DNA of 59,159 nt, taken from positions 1 to 59,159 of the forward strand of contig DAIRTE010000004.1 in assembly GCA_036804025.1 (NCBI GenBank), in the 5' to 3' direction. This document shows, piece after piece, positions 8,352-18,355 of this stretch. Positions within the stretch are counted from its first letter, which is position 1, and each line of letters begins with the position of its first letter. The DNA comes from Clostridia bacterium (GTDB lineage Bacteria; Bacillota; Clostridia; Christensenellales; CAG-138). The notes beneath the pieces are model-generated. The model was not told the origin of the DNA, did no database searches, and saw only the letters and a program-made list of their open reading frames with translations. The position numbers and the translations under genes were made by a program.

Positions 8352-8380
8352 GCCGGCGGCCCGGTACAAAGGCCGCCGGC
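8352..8380 (+). terminator. GC-rich intercistronic hairpin after the SBP gene (partial terminator or mRNA stabiliser)
   Basis: GCCGGCGGCC (8352..8361), 9-nt loop, GGCCGCCGGC (8371..8380), followed by TCTTCTTGTATT. Confidence 0.5.
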
Positions 8381-8496
8381 TCTTCTTGTATTCAAGCGCT
8401 CTTTGGGGCAAAATGAAACAAGAAGAATCGCACGGAAAACAGCAAGAAAGAGTGGCATCCGGCCATTTTCTTTCGAAGTGGAACAAGGAGAATAGC

Positions 8497-10041
8497 ATGG
8501 ACCAAAACAGTATAGTTCTGGAAATGCGGAACATCAGCAAGCAGTTTCCCGGCGTCAAAGCGCTGGACGGCGTGTCCATCACGGTGCGCGCGGGCAGCGT
8601 CCACGCGGTCATGGGCGAAAACGGCGCAGGAAAGTCGACGCTGATGAAATGCGCCTTCGGCATCTATCAGCCGGACGAAGGCGAAGTGCTCGTGAACGGA
8701 GCGCCCGTTCACTTCGTCGATACGCGTGACGCAATCGACGCGGGTATTTCGATGATCCACCAGGAGCTGCAGGTTGTTCGCAGTCGAAACGTCATGGAAA
8801 ACGTTTGGCTCGGCCGAATTCCCTACAAGCGCACGCTGGGGGTCAAATGGGTCGATTACAAAACGATGTACAAGAACACGCTGGAAATCTTTCAGGGGCT
8901 GGGAATTGAGATTGACCCCAAGGCAAATCTTTCGCGCCTTTCCGTTTCGTATTGCCAGCTCATCGAGATTGTTCGCGCGGTCTCAAGCGACGCAAAGGTC
9001 ATCATCATAGACGAGCCGACCTCGTCGCTTTCCGAGAACGAAGCGGAACTGTTATTTCGAATTATCCGCCAACTCACGGCAAAAGGCGTTGCAATTATTT
9101 ATATCTCACACAAGATCGAAGAGATTTTGCAGATTTCCGACGAGGTCACCATCATGCGCGACGGCACGAAGGTTGGCACCTGGCCGGCTAGCGAGCTCGA
9201 CAACCGCACGATCATCAACCGCATGGTCGGCCGCGAAATGACGAACCGTTTCCCGGCACGGGACTACGTGCGCGGGGACGTGCACCTCGAGATCAAGCAC
9301 CTTACCTCCGCCGACCCGAAGTCCTTTCAGGACGTCAGCTTCTCCGTTCGAAAGGGCGAAATCTTTGGCATCGGCGGCTTGATCGGCGCGCAGCGCACCG
9401 AGTTGATGGAGTCCATCTTCGGCCTGCGCGCGGTGAAGTCCGGCGAGATCGTCAAGGACGGAAAAACCCTGCGCCATACCTGCGCGCGGGACGCGATTCG
9501 AAACGGCTTTGCGCTGCTCACGGAAGAACGGCGCGAGACGGGCATTATCCCGATGCTCTCCATCGTGGAGAACATGGTCATCGCGAACCAGGCGATCAAT
9601 CGCAAGCGCTACACCGGAAAGATCGGCTTCCTGCGCTCGAAGAAGCGCAAGGAGGACACCGCGAAATACGTCGACGCGCTCTCGATCAAGACGCCGAGCA
9701 TTGCCACGCAGATCAAGTACCTCTCCGGCGGCAATCAGCAGAAGGTGGTTCTCTCGCGCTGGCTTTTGACCGAGCCGGACATTCTGATTCTGGACGAACC
9801 GACGCGCGGCATTGACATTGGCGCGAAGTACGAAATCTACTCGCTGCTGGTTGAAATGGCCAAACAGGGCAAGAGCATTCTGATCGTCTGCTCGGAGATG
9901 CCGGAGCTCATTGGCATGTCCGACCGCGTGATGGTTATGTGCGAAGGGCGCGTTTCGGGTTTCCTCGAAGGCGAGCAGATTCAGGATCAGGCGATTATGC
10001 ACCTCGCCAGCTCTTATCAGAATCCAGCGGAACAGAACTAG
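8497..10041 (+). CDS. mglA: Sugar ABC transporter ATP-binding protein, duplicated ABC cassette
   Basis: Start trimmed to MDQNSIVLEM, RBS AAGGAG. Walker A GENGAGKST, signatures LSVSYCQ and LSGGNQQK, Walker B IIIDEPTS and LILDEPTRGID. Confidence 0.9.
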   Translation: MDQNSIVLEMRNISKQFPGVKALDGVSITVRAGSVHAVMGENGAGKSTLMKCAFGIYQPDEGEVLVNGAPVHFVDTRDAIDAGISMIHQELQVVRSRNVMENVWLGRIPYKRTLGVKWVDYKTMYKNTLEIFQGLGIEIDPKANLSRLSVSYCQLIEIVRAVSSDAKVIIIDEPTSSLSENEAELLFRIIRQLTAKGVAIIYISHKIEEILQISDEVTIMRDGTKVGTWPASELDNRTIINRMVGREMTNRFPARDYVRGDVHLEIKHLTSADPKSFQDVSFSVRKGEIFGIGGLIGAQRTELMESIFGLRAVKSGEIVKDGKTLRHTCARDAIRNGFALLTEERRETGIIPMLSIVENMVIANQAINRKRYTGKIGFLRSKKRKEDTAKYVDALSIKTPSIATQIKYLSGGNQQKVVLSRWLLTEPDILILDEPTRGIDIGAKYEIYSLLVEMAKQGKSILIVCSEMPELIGMSDRVMVMCEGRVSGFLEGEQIQDQAIMHLASSYQNPAEQN

Positions 10042-10101
10042 TCTAAAAGAACTAGTTCTACAGAACTAGCCTTAACAGATCTTGGAAGGAAGAACCGATT
10101 T

Positions 10102-11106
10102 ATGAAAACGAAAAGCAAGTTTGATTTTCGGCTGTTCATGATGAACAACGCGATCTATGCCATCATGCTGGTCATGATTGCGCTGGTCGTCGTGATTAAG
10201 CCCTCGTTTTTCTCGCTGCGCGTGCTGCGCGACATCCTGATGCAGAGCAGCGTCCGCATCGTCGTTGCGCTGGGCTGCATGTTCGTCATCCTCTCCGGCT
10301 CGGCGGACCTTTCCGGCGGGCGCATGGTCGGCTTGACGGCGGTCATCGCCGGCTCGCTGGCGGAGCAGGCAACCTACTACTTAAAATACTACGCAAACCT
10401 GCCGGAGCTGCCCGGGTTCGTTCCGCTGCTGGTTGCGGTTCTCGTTGGCCTGCTCTTCGGCTTGTTCAACGGCCTCGTGGTCTCCAAACTAAAGGTACCC
10501 GCGTTCCTGGCCACGCTGGGCACGGCCATGCTCGCGTTTGGCATTGCGAATCTCTATATGGATGCCGAACCGAACAGCTCCCAGCCGCTCGGCAGCTATA
10601 CCGCCGGGTTTAAGGCGATTGGCTCCGGTTCGTTCCACGACATTCCCTACATTCTGCTCATCGCGCTGGCCTGCGTTGCCATCGTTTGGATTTTGCAGAA
10701 TAAGACGGTGCTCGGCAAGGAAATCTTTGCCGTCGGCGGCAACATGGAAGCGGCCAAGGTCAGCGGCATCAACGTGCTCAAGATTCAGCTTTTCACGTTT
10801 GCCATTGCGGGCGCGCTCTACGGGCTCGGCGGCGCGCTGGAAGCGGCGCGCACGGGCAGCGGCACGGCGGCCTACGGCGCGGGCTATGAGCTGGACGCCA
10901 TCGCGGCCTGCATCATCGGCGGCTGTTCGGCGGGCGGCGGCATCGGCGGCGTCGGCGGCGTGGTCGCGGGCGTCATCATCTTCAACATCATGAGCTATGG
11001 TCTGACGTTTATCGGTCTGAGCCCGTATTGGCAGTATGTTGCCAAGGGACTCATCATCATTGCCGCGGTGGCGATCGACGTTCGGAAATACGCGAGAAAA
11101 CACTAA
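10102..11106 (+). CDS. mglC: Sugar ABC transporter permease (CUT2, MglC/RbsC-like)
   Basis: 334 aa, multi-TM, typical GGxxEAAxxSGINV motif (GGNMEAAKVSGINV). Confidence 0.85.
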   Translation: MKTKSKFDFRLFMMNNAIYAIMLVMIALVVVIKPSFFSLRVLRDILMQSSVRIVVALGCMFVILSGSADLSGGRMVGLTAVIAGSLAEQATYYLKYYANLPELPGFVPLLVAVLVGLLFGLFNGLVVSKLKVPAFLATLGTAMLAFGIANLYMDAEPNSSQPLGSYTAGFKAIGSGSFHDIPYILLIALACVAIVWILQNKTVLGKEIFAVGGNMEAAKVSGINVLKIQLFTFAIAGALYGLGGALEAARTGSGTAAYGAGYELDAIAACIIGGCSAGGGIGGVGGVVAGVIIFNIMSYGLTFIGLSPYWQYVAKGLIIIAAVAIDVRKYARKH

Positions 11107-11117
11107 GGGGAACCAAC

Positions 11118-11909
11118 ATGGCATTTTTTGACGGGGTTCTCTATTCCAAATCGCTGCAGATTGACACGCGCCTTGCCGTGATTCTGCCGCAGGACAGCCG
11201 CGAAGCGCGCGTGGACGCGCCCGCGCAGAAACCGACCAACGCGCCCCAGCGGACACTGATTCTGCTGCACGGACTTTCGGACAACGCAGCCGCGTGGTGG
11301 ATGCGCACGTCGATCATCCGCTACGCCGAGGCGCACGGAATCGCGGTGCTCATGCCGCAGGGCGAGAAGAGCTTTTATCACGACATGGTCTTTGGTGACG
11401 ACTACTTTACCTACCTGACGGAGGAGTTGCCGCAGATGGCTTCGCGCCTGTTTGGGTTGTCCGTCGCACCGGAAGACCTGATGATTGCGGGGCTTTCCAT
11501 GGGCGGTTACGGCGCGCTGCGCTGCGCGCTGACCTATCCGGAGCGCTACCGCGCCTGCGCCGCGTTTTCGAGCGCCTGCGACATTCGGCAGATTTCCGAA
11601 CACGCGGAGGTCATTGAACAGACAAAGGGCATTCACCAGACGTTTGAGGCGATCTTTGGCTCACCCGTTGCGGTGCCGGATTCGAGCGACCTGTTTGTGC
11701 TCGCAAAACAAAACGCAGAGCGGTTGAAGCACTTGCAGCTGTATTTGGCCTGCGGGCGGCAGGACTTCCTCTACGAAGCCAACGTTCGCCTAGCGGGAGA
11801 AATGCGAAACGCGCCGCTTTCGCGCCTGCTCTACGAGGAATGGGACGGCACGCACGAATGGGGCTTCTGGGACACGGCGATTCAAAAAGCGCTGAACTGG
11901 ATCGAATAG
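11118..11909 (+). CDS. Alpha/beta-hydrolase esterase (esterase D / tributyrin-esterase-like)
   Basis: Start trimmed to MAFFDGVLYS. LILLHGLSDN, nucleophile elbow GLSMGGYGA, C-terminal GTHEWGFW. Confidence 0.85.
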   Translation: MAFFDGVLYSKSLQIDTRLAVILPQDSREARVDAPAQKPTNAPQRTLILLHGLSDNAAAWWMRTSIIRYAEAHGIAVLMPQGEKSFYHDMVFGDDYFTYLTEELPQMASRLFGLSVAPEDLMIAGLSMGGYGALRCALTYPERYRACAAFSSACDIRQISEHAEVIEQTKGIHQTFEAIFGSPVAVPDSSDLFVLAKQNAERLKHLQLYLACGRQDFLYEANVRLAGEMRNAPLSRLLYEEWDGTHEWGFWDTAIQKALNWIE

Positions 11910-11920
11910 CGAAGCACAAC

Positions 11921-11956
11921 ACCCGCGCTGCACCAAACGGCGCGGGTTCCTTTTCC
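11921..11956 (+). terminator. Rho-independent terminator of the mgl-like operon
   Basis: ACCCGCGC (11921..11928) pairs with GCGCGGGT (11940..11947), followed by TCCTTTTCC. Confidence 0.6.
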
Positions 11957-11993
11957 GCAGCGCGACACGAAGCGAATATACGGTTCCCTCGTG

Positions 11994-12022
11994 TTGCAAA
12001 CAAGCTGGGCGTTGTCTATAAT
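11994..12022 (+). promoter_or_regulatory. Promoter of the first ROK regulator gene
   Basis: TTGCAA (11994..11999), 17 nt spacer, TATAAT (12017..12022). Confidence 0.7.
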
Positions 12023-12072
12023 AGAGTTACCTAACAAATTGTCGTAACGAATAACGGTCGGAGAAATGCGCA

Positions 12073-13323
12073 ATGGAATACGAAAACAGGCCTTCGCAGG
12101 TTGCGATTCCCAAGGAACTCAAGGTGAAAAACCGCCAGACGGTGCTCACCGCGTTCCTGCGCGGGGAACCGCTGACCGCTGTGGAAATATCCGAAAAAAC
12201 GCGCATCAGCCGCCAGACCGTGCAAAAGAGCATTGAGCATTTCTTGAGCAACGAGCTGCTCGTACCTTTTGGAAAAGGTACTTCGGGCAGTCTCGGCGGT
12301 AAGCGGCCGGAGCTCTACGTGCTCAATCCGGATCTGTATTTTCTCGCGATTCAAAACCGCGAGGGCGGCTTTGTCTTCTCGCTGACCAACCTCGCCGGAA
12401 CCGTGATCCGCAGCGGACTCTGCATGCACGGGGACAACAAAACGCCGGAGGACATCTACCGCGCGCTGTCGAACTATGCGGCCTCGTTCTTTACGCCGGA
12501 GGAGCGCGCGCATCTGCTGGGCGTTTGCTACTCGCTCGGCGGCGTGATCGACCGCAAGACCGGGCGTATTCGCTACAACCTCGCGTATATGACGATGCCC
12601 TCGGAGGAGGATTTGGACTACAACCGGCTCACGGAGATCTTTCCGACCGCGCGATACGCGATTGTCGAAAACGACGCCCGCATCGCCGCGTTCGCAACGC
12701 TCAAGGAGCACGCCGAGCGCTTTGAGGACGTGCAGGCGATTACGGTGTTCGCCGGCGTTGGCATCGCGGGCGGGTTCTTCAGCGACGGAAAGATGATCTT
12801 CGGCTGCCACTCGCTCGTGGGCGAAATCGGGCACATCGTCGTTGACCCCGGCGATGCGGAGCTCTGCAAATGCGGCAACCACGGCTGCCTGGAGCGGCTG
12901 GTCAGTATTCAGCGGCTGCGCTCGCTGCTCACGCGCGACCCGGCGCGGTATCAAAAGAGCGCGCTCGGCGGGCGGGCGATTGAGTCGATTGAATACACAG
13001 ATGTGTTTGAGGCTTCCGGCGCAGGGGATGCGCTCTGCCGCGAGGTTTCCGAGTATATGGCGCGCTGGTTTGCCGCGGCGCTCAAGAGCATATTTGTCAC
13101 GTTCGACCCGCAGATTGTGGTCTTTCAGGGGTATTTTGCGTTTGCCGACGAGTATTTTAAGCAGGTGCTGCTCGAGGAGGTAAAAAAGTTTCTTTACTAT
13201 CCGTCGAACCACAAGCTGGAGCTGGTCTTCGACCGGCGCAGCTGGGCCGAGGTGGAGACGGTCGGCGCGGTTGCCGCGCTGAGCACGCGGATTCTGGAGG
13301 ACGACAGCGTCTTTGCGGGATAA
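12073..13323 (+). CDS. ROK-family transcriptional regulator (NagC/XylR type)
   Basis: N-terminal winged HTH (LTAVEISEKTRISRQTVQKSIEHF). ROK glycine-rich blocks. Zn motif HIVVDPGDAELCKCGNHGCLE. Confidence 0.9.
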   Translation: MEYENRPSQVAIPKELKVKNRQTVLTAFLRGEPLTAVEISEKTRISRQTVQKSIEHFLSNELLVPFGKGTSGSLGGKRPELYVLNPDLYFLAIQNREGGFVFSLTNLAGTVIRSGLCMHGDNKTPEDIYRALSNYAASFFTPEERAHLLGVCYSLGGVIDRKTGRIRYNLAYMTMPSEEDLDYNRLTEIFPTARYAIVENDARIAAFATLKEHAERFEDVQAITVFAGVGIAGGFFSDGKMIFGCHSLVGEIGHIVVDPGDAELCKCGNHGCLERLVSIQRLRSLLTRDPARYQKSALGGRAIESIEYTDVFEASGAGDALCREVSEYMARWFAAALKSIFVTFDPQIVVFQGYFAFADEYFKQVLLEEVKKFLYYPSNHKLELVFDRRSWAEVETVGAVAALSTRILEDDSVFAG

Positions 13324-13340
13324 CTCCATACGAGAATCTT

Positions 13341-13370
13341 GCACGCGGAGAACCACCGCGTGCTTTTTTG
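13341..13370 (+). terminator. Rho-independent terminator
   Basis: GCACGCGG (13341..13348) pairs with CCGCGTGC (13356..13363), followed by TTTTTTG. Confidence 0.85.
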
Positions 13371-13420
13371 ATTCGGTTTTGCTCGAAACAGGGAAATTGC
13401 CGAGGATTCTGAAAGAAGCA

Positions 13421-13450
13421 TTGCCCCGGCCCTGCCGAATCTGGTAAGAT
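13421..13450 (+). promoter_or_regulatory. Candidate promoter of pfp
   Basis: TTGCCC, 18 nt spacer, TAAGAT preceded by TGG (extended -10). Confidence 0.45.
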
Positions 13451-13515
13451 GGCGACGGACCATTTCGAATGCTTGAGCATGGTCCAATGCTTCGATAGAT
13501 GAGAGGATACACACT

Positions 13516-14802
13516 ATGGCAAACGTCAACGCGGTCGTCGCGCTGGGCGGCGGCCCTTCGCCCGTCATCAATGCTTCGCTGCTCGGCGCCGTTAAGCGCT
13601 GCTTCGATTACAACGACCGAATCCAAACGGTCTACGCGGCGAAACACGGCATTGAGGGCGTGCTGCGCGAGGAATTGATCGACATGAACGCGCAGGACCC
13701 CGCCGAGCTGGAACGGCTGATCCATACGCCCGGTTCCGGCGCGGTCGGCACCTGCCGCTACAAGCTGAACAGCGAATGCGAAGAGGACTTTTCGCGCATT
13801 CTCGACGTGTTTGCCGCGCACGACGTCGGGTACTTCTTCTACATTGGCGGCAACGACTCCATGGACACCGCGGACAAGGTATCCAAGCTAGCGCATCAAC
13901 GCGGCTACGACCTCGTTGTGGCGGGGATTCCGAAGACGATTGACAACGATCTCGGCGACGAGGCGTTTACCATCATCGACCATACGCCCGGCTACGCCAG
14001 CGCGGCGCGCTACTGGGCAAACATCATTCAGATTACAAACGAGGAAAACCGGGGCATGCGCGTTTCCGAACCGGTCGCGGTGCTGCAGGCGATGGGGCGC
14101 AAGGCGGGCTACATCACGGCGGCGGCGCGGCTTGCAGACCCGAACCGCGAGATGCCGCTCCAGCTGTATTTTGCGGAGTCCGGTCACAACCTCGATTCGA
14201 TGACGGAACTCGTGCATGCCGAACTCAAGCGCAGCGGGCGCTGCATCGTCGTCGTCAACGAGGGGTTCGACGTAGGCTCGCTGGGCGAAGCGCGGGACGG
14301 GTTTGGTCATGTGGAGTATGGCGCGAGCCAGACGACCGCGGCGCAGGTGGTCGTCAATCACCTGAACCGCTCGAAACTGCCGGTGCGCGGCAACGCGACC
14401 GGTCAGGTGCCGGGGATCCTCCAGCGCTCCACATCAATCTTTCGCTCCAAGGTGGATATCCAGGAGGCATACGAGGTAGGCGCCCACGCGGTGGATATGG
14501 CAATGGCGGACGGAACAGGCTACATGGCGACCATTCTGCGCGCGCCGGGATCGACGTATCGCGCCGTGTACGATAAGGTTTCGCTGCGAACGGTGGCCAA
14601 CTCCGAGCGGCATTTGCCGAAGAGCTGGATTGCGCCAAACGGAATCGACGTAACGGACGATTTTCTCCGCTACGCTGAGCCGCTGCTGGGCGACGGCTGG
14701 CCGGAGATTCCGGTCGAAAACGGTCTCCAGCGCTTTGCGCGGCTGAAGACGGAGACGATTGCAAAGCGACTCGATACCTACGTTCCCTTTCAGCACCGCT
14801 AA
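13516..14802 (+). CDS. pfp: 6-phosphofructokinase, pyrophosphate-dependent type
   Basis: GGGPSPVINA, IGGNDSMDTA and PKTIDNDL. The Asp in GGNDS and the Lys in PKTIDND occupy the two positions that separate PPi-PFK from ATP-PFK (GGDGS / PGTIDND). Confidence 0.85.
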   Translation: MANVNAVVALGGGPSPVINASLLGAVKRCFDYNDRIQTVYAAKHGIEGVLREELIDMNAQDPAELERLIHTPGSGAVGTCRYKLNSECEEDFSRILDVFAAHDVGYFFYIGGNDSMDTADKVSKLAHQRGYDLVVAGIPKTIDNDLGDEAFTIIDHTPGYASAARYWANIIQITNEENRGMRVSEPVAVLQAMGRKAGYITAAARLADPNREMPLQLYFAESGHNLDSMTELVHAELKRSGRCIVVVNEGFDVGSLGEARDGFGHVEYGASQTTAAQVVVNHLNRSKLPVRGNATGQVPGILQRSTSIFRSKVDIQEAYEVGAHAVDMAMADGTGYMATILRAPGSTYRAVYDKVSLRTVANSERHLPKSWIAPNGIDVTDDFLRYAEPLLGDGWPEIPVENGLQRFARLKTETIAKRLDTYVPFQHR

Positions 14803-14863
14803 GCGGTTTCGAAACATGGCTCGCAAGAGAGAATCAGATTCTTAGAACAATCGAAAGAAAACA

Positions 14864-14894
14864 CAAAAAGCCGGGAGGAGTAACCTTCCGGCTT
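14864..14894 (-). terminator. Terminator between the convergent pfp and GH5 genes (T-tract on the minus strand)
   Basis: AGCCGGGAGG, AGTAA loop, CCTTCCGGCT (14869..14893). AAAAA at 14864..14868 supplies the minus-strand U-tract. Confidence 0.7.
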
Positions 14895-14914
14895 ATCTGC
14901 TGTCGTATCCGTGG

Positions 14915-16627
14915 TCAGGATGCCGGAGCACCTGAATATTCTTTGAGCATATCGAAGATTTCCTGGCTGTAAACCATCGGCGTACCGGGAATCGAAATCA
15001 GCGTAGACGCATCGCGAATCTGGAACGGCCAAAGGCGATTTGGCACACCGCAGACGTTATCCAGATAGTTCCACATCCACGGAATTCGATTCTCCTGCAA
15101 TATTCTCAGCCACTCGGAATGGTAAGCAATATACTCCGGCAAGGTGAGGTCCTCTGTGTCGGTGCCAACCTCTGTAAGCAGGAATCCAACGTTGTTTTTC
15201 TTTGCGCAGTCGATTCCGTGTTGCAGATACGCCTGTTGCAGATAGGCTGCGTCGAGCACATGCTGCGGCGAGTCCTCATTCTGCGTAGTGCCGTCCGCAC
15301 GGATCAGAATTGTGGGCATGGGTTCATAATCGGCGGCGGTGTACATGTCGTGCGTGGCGAGCGTAACGTCCGTTCGACCGGGCTGCAACAACTCCAGCGC
15401 ATTGAAGCGCACGTATTGATCGGAGCTGAAGATTCTCAGTTCCTTGGTTCCCTCGGGAACCGCGGCTTCAACGACGCCGCTGCTTTCATCGCCAACGGTG
15501 GGAAGGGTCTTTCCATCGGCCTGAAAAACGAGCTTACCCGGAACACCCCACGAGGCTTCCACATAGAAACGCAACGTTCCGGCAACGAAAGCATCCTCGC
15601 TGCGCAGGGTCAACACGCCGGAAGAATCGCCGGGGTTCATGTTGCCGGGCAGATACTCCATTGGCCAATGTCCCGTATAGTTCACGTTCGGGATTCGCTC
15701 GCTGTCCACGGTGTAAATATGGGTATGAAGAGAAATGCAGGCGCCCAGTTCGGCCAGCTGCTCGGGAATCTGCTTCCACAAGTCGTTGACAATCACAATT
15801 CGATCCGGATTGAACGACCAGATAGACTGAATCACCGGCGTAAGCGTCTGTGTATATAGGTTCAAATCCCCATCCGGTACGGTTGGTTCCGCAAGGAGTT
15901 CGAAACTTAAATACTTGCTCGGAATGTCGGCGTAGCGGCGGGCAAGCATGGACCAATACTGTGAAAACACGTCTAGCATAGCGTCGTTTGTAAAAATCTC
16001 TCCGTTGACCAGCACGTTCTCCTCTTCGGCGGAGGCATTCTGCTTATCGGGTAATCCAGTAATGCTGATCATGATGTGCAGGTTGTATTTCACACCCCAG
16101 GCGAGAACCTCGTCGAGCTGTTCCAGCTCGGATTCGTTGATTGAGAGGGGCTCGCCGGGCTTTCCCAAATACGACATGGAATAGAGAATGCGCATGCAGT
16201 TAAAACCGTTCTCACTGACGAATTTGAACTGTTCTTCAATGAAGTGCCCTTTGCCGGGTGTATTGTCCCAGTTCGTATCCGGATCATTCATTAAGAACTT
16301 GTTTCCAACGCAGAACCCCGTCCAATACGGCAAATTGGCAGCGGAGGCTTCCGGCAAGGAAGAGGGCTGGTTGAGCAGTTCGTCCGGAAGAATGGCCTTG
16401 TCGTATGTGCCAACCTGGTCGATCGGAATATAGTTTGGTTCTTTTTGAGCGGCAGCGGAAGGTTCCAGTTTCGTTACTGGAGCGGCTGTGGCGCTGCTTT
16501 CGGCAGAAGTGCTGGTCTGCGAATCGGTTATTGCGGGTTCCGCGTCAGGCTGACCGGAGCATCCGCAGAGAAACAGAGGAAAAACGAGACAAAGAAGAGT
16601 CGGAAGAAGCCATTTCCATTTGTTCAT
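14915..16627 (-). CDS. Glycoside hydrolase family 5 lipoprotein (extracellular endoglycanase)
   Basis: Lipobox LFLCGCSG and a Ser/Thr/Ala linker. GH5-like blocks GFNCMRILYS and FELLAEP (acid/base E); later LTEVGT. Confidence 0.8.
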   Translation of the reverse strand: MNKWKWLLPTLLCLVFPLFLCGCSGQPDAEPAITDSQTSTSAESSATAAPVTKLEPSAAAQKEPNYIPIDQVGTYDKAILPDELLNQPSSLPEASAANLPYWTGFCVGNKFLMNDPDTNWDNTPGKGHFIEEQFKFVSENGFNCMRILYSMSYLGKPGEPLSINESELEQLDEVLAWGVKYNLHIMISITGLPDKQNASAEEENVLVNGEIFTNDAMLDVFSQYWSMLARRYADIPSKYLSFELLAEPTVPDGDLNLYTQTLTPVIQSIWSFNPDRIVIVNDLWKQIPEQLAELGACISLHTHIYTVDSERIPNVNYTGHWPMEYLPGNMNPGDSSGVLTLRSEDAFVAGTLRFYVEASWGVPGKLVFQADGKTLPTVGDESSGVVEAAVPEGTKELRIFSSDQYVRFNALELLQPGRTDVTLATHDMYTAADYEPMPTILIRADGTTQNEDSPQHVLDAAYLQQAYLQHGIDCAKKNNVGFLLTEVGTDTEDLTLPEYIAYHSEWLRILQENRIPWMWNYLDNVCGVPNRLWPFQIRDASTLISIPGTPMVYSQEIFDMLKEYSGAPAS

Positions 16628-16669
16628 AACAACACCTATTACACCTTATACCACACCATTTTGAAAGGG

Positions 16670-16698
16670 ATTATACACCGATCGTATAGACAAATCAA
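16670..16698 (-). promoter_or_regulatory. Promoter of the GH5 gene
   Basis: Minus strand: TTGATT (16693..16698), 17 nt spacer, TATAAT (16670..16675). Confidence 0.6.
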
Positions 16699-16903
16699 GC
16701 GCGTAAAACAGCAACAGGAACCGTTGCCAAGACCGGCACGCAGCCCGTTCAATTTCGCGCGCCGTTCTTTCAGGAAGCGCAACATTCGCAATGTATCTAG
16801 CAAGAAAAGGATAGAACCTGTCGAATCCGGTTGATATGATAGAGTGGAATTGAAGTAGCACAACCCATCGATCGAATCGGTTCATTTACGGAGAGAAAAG
16901 AAT

Positions 16904-18304
16904 ATGCAGCATGCGTTCAGCGAAGACCTGTTTTTAACGAACTCAACCGGAAAACACCTATACGAGCGGTACGCCAAGGATATGCCCATCGTGGATTTCC
17001 ATTGTCACCTCGTGCCGAAGGAAATTTACGAGAACCAGCCGTTTCAGGATCTCGGCGAAATGTGGCTGGCGCACGATCACTACAAATGGCGCGCCATGCG
17101 CACGTTTGGCATCGACGAGCGACTGATCACCGGCGACGCGAGCTACTTTGAAAAGTTTCTCGCGTTTGCCGCGATTCTACCGGAGCTGATCGGCAACCCG
17201 CTCTACATCTGGTGCGCGCTGGAGCTCAAGCGGTTCTTCGGGATCGACGAGCCACTTTGCGAACAGAACGCCGCCCGTATTTTCGAACAAACGAAGGCGC
17301 TTATTCAGGCGGAGGGGATGTGCCCGCGCTGGTGCATGGAGCGCGCAAACGTCGAACTGGTCTGCACCACGGACGATCCGGTGGACGACCTGCGCTACCA
17401 CCGCCTGCTTCGAGAGGATTCGACGTTCCCCGTTCGCGTGATGCCCGCGTTTCGACCGGACAAGGCGATGAACTGCGAGAAAGCGCCGTTTTCATCGTAT
17501 CTGGACGAACTGGAGAATGTTACGGATCAGCGCATCGACTCGTTTTCCGCGTTGATTGCCGCGCTGGAACGGCGGCTGTTGTCGTTTCAAAGCGTCGGGA
17601 GCAGCATCAGTGACGCGGGCGTGGACAACTTTCTTTGGCAGGAGGCGACAAACGCCGAACTGGACGAAATCGTCTTTTGCGCGCGACGCGGCGAACCGCT
17701 GACGCGGACGCAGGTGAATCAGTATCGGAGCGCGTTTCTGCTGCACATGGGTCGTGTGTACGCAAAACACGGGTTTGTCATGCAGATTCACATTGGCGCA
17801 TATCGAAACGCAAACCGCGCGATGGCGGCGACACTCGGCCCCGACACGGGTTACGACTGCATGGATAGCGCAAACGACCTGAGCGCAATGGCGTCGCTGC
17901 TCAACGCGCTCAACGAAACAGGGAGCCTGCCGAAGACGATTCTCTACCCGCTGAATCCGGCGGATATGGAGCCTTACGCGGTGCTCGCGGCGGCGTTTTG
18001 CAAGGCGCCCACGCGGGGGCTGGTTCAGCTCGGCGCGCCCTGGTGGTTCAACGACCAGGTGCACGGCATGGAGCGGCAGTTTGCGGCGATGGCAAACCTA
18101 TATCCCGTCGCCCTGTCCGTCGGCATGCTGACCGACAGCCGCAGCTTTTTGAGCTACCCGCGGCACGAGCTCTACCGCCGCGTGTTCTGCAACTATCTCG
18201 GCGGGTTGATCGAACGCGGGGAGTATTTCTCCGGCGGGGACGAGCAGAAGAAGATCGTGGAAAACGTCTGTTATCGCAATGCGGTGGCATATTTCGGGCT
18301 GTAA
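16904..18304 (+). CDS. uxaC: Glucuronate isomerase
   Basis: 466 aa with the conserved N-terminus PIVDFHCHL, plus DHYKWRAMR and a WWFND block. Confidence 0.92.
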   Translation: MQHAFSEDLFLTNSTGKHLYERYAKDMPIVDFHCHLVPKEIYENQPFQDLGEMWLAHDHYKWRAMRTFGIDERLITGDASYFEKFLAFAAILPELIGNPLYIWCALELKRFFGIDEPLCEQNAARIFEQTKALIQAEGMCPRWCMERANVELVCTTDDPVDDLRYHRLLREDSTFPVRVMPAFRPDKAMNCEKAPFSSYLDELENVTDQRIDSFSALIAALERRLLSFQSVGSSISDAGVDNFLWQEATNAELDEIVFCARRGEPLTRTQVNQYRSAFLLHMGRVYAKHGFVMQIHIGAYRNANRAMAATLGPDTGYDCMDSANDLSAMASLLNALNETGSLPKTILYPLNPADMEPYAVLAAAFCKAPTRGLVQLGAPWWFNDQVHGMERQFAAMANLYPVALSVGMLTDSRSFLSYPRHELYRRVFCNYLGGLIERGEYFSGGDEQKKIVENVCYRNAVAYFGL

Positions 18305-18355
18305 TTCGGGCGAAATGTCTGTAATGTACGCATTTGAAACTGGACAGGAGATTGT

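Noticed and set aside
8386-8496. N-terminal extensions offered by the ORF track for many genes (8386, 7183, 11028, 19862, 30279, 32623, 36141, 44670, 56259; minus-strand 2148, 50504, 54985).
   Set aside because: In each case an internal ATG is preceded by a GGAGG-like RBS. That ATG also starts a lipoprotein signal or a conserved family N-terminus, or abuts the upstream stop. The extensions overlap neighbouring genes or intergenic promoters.
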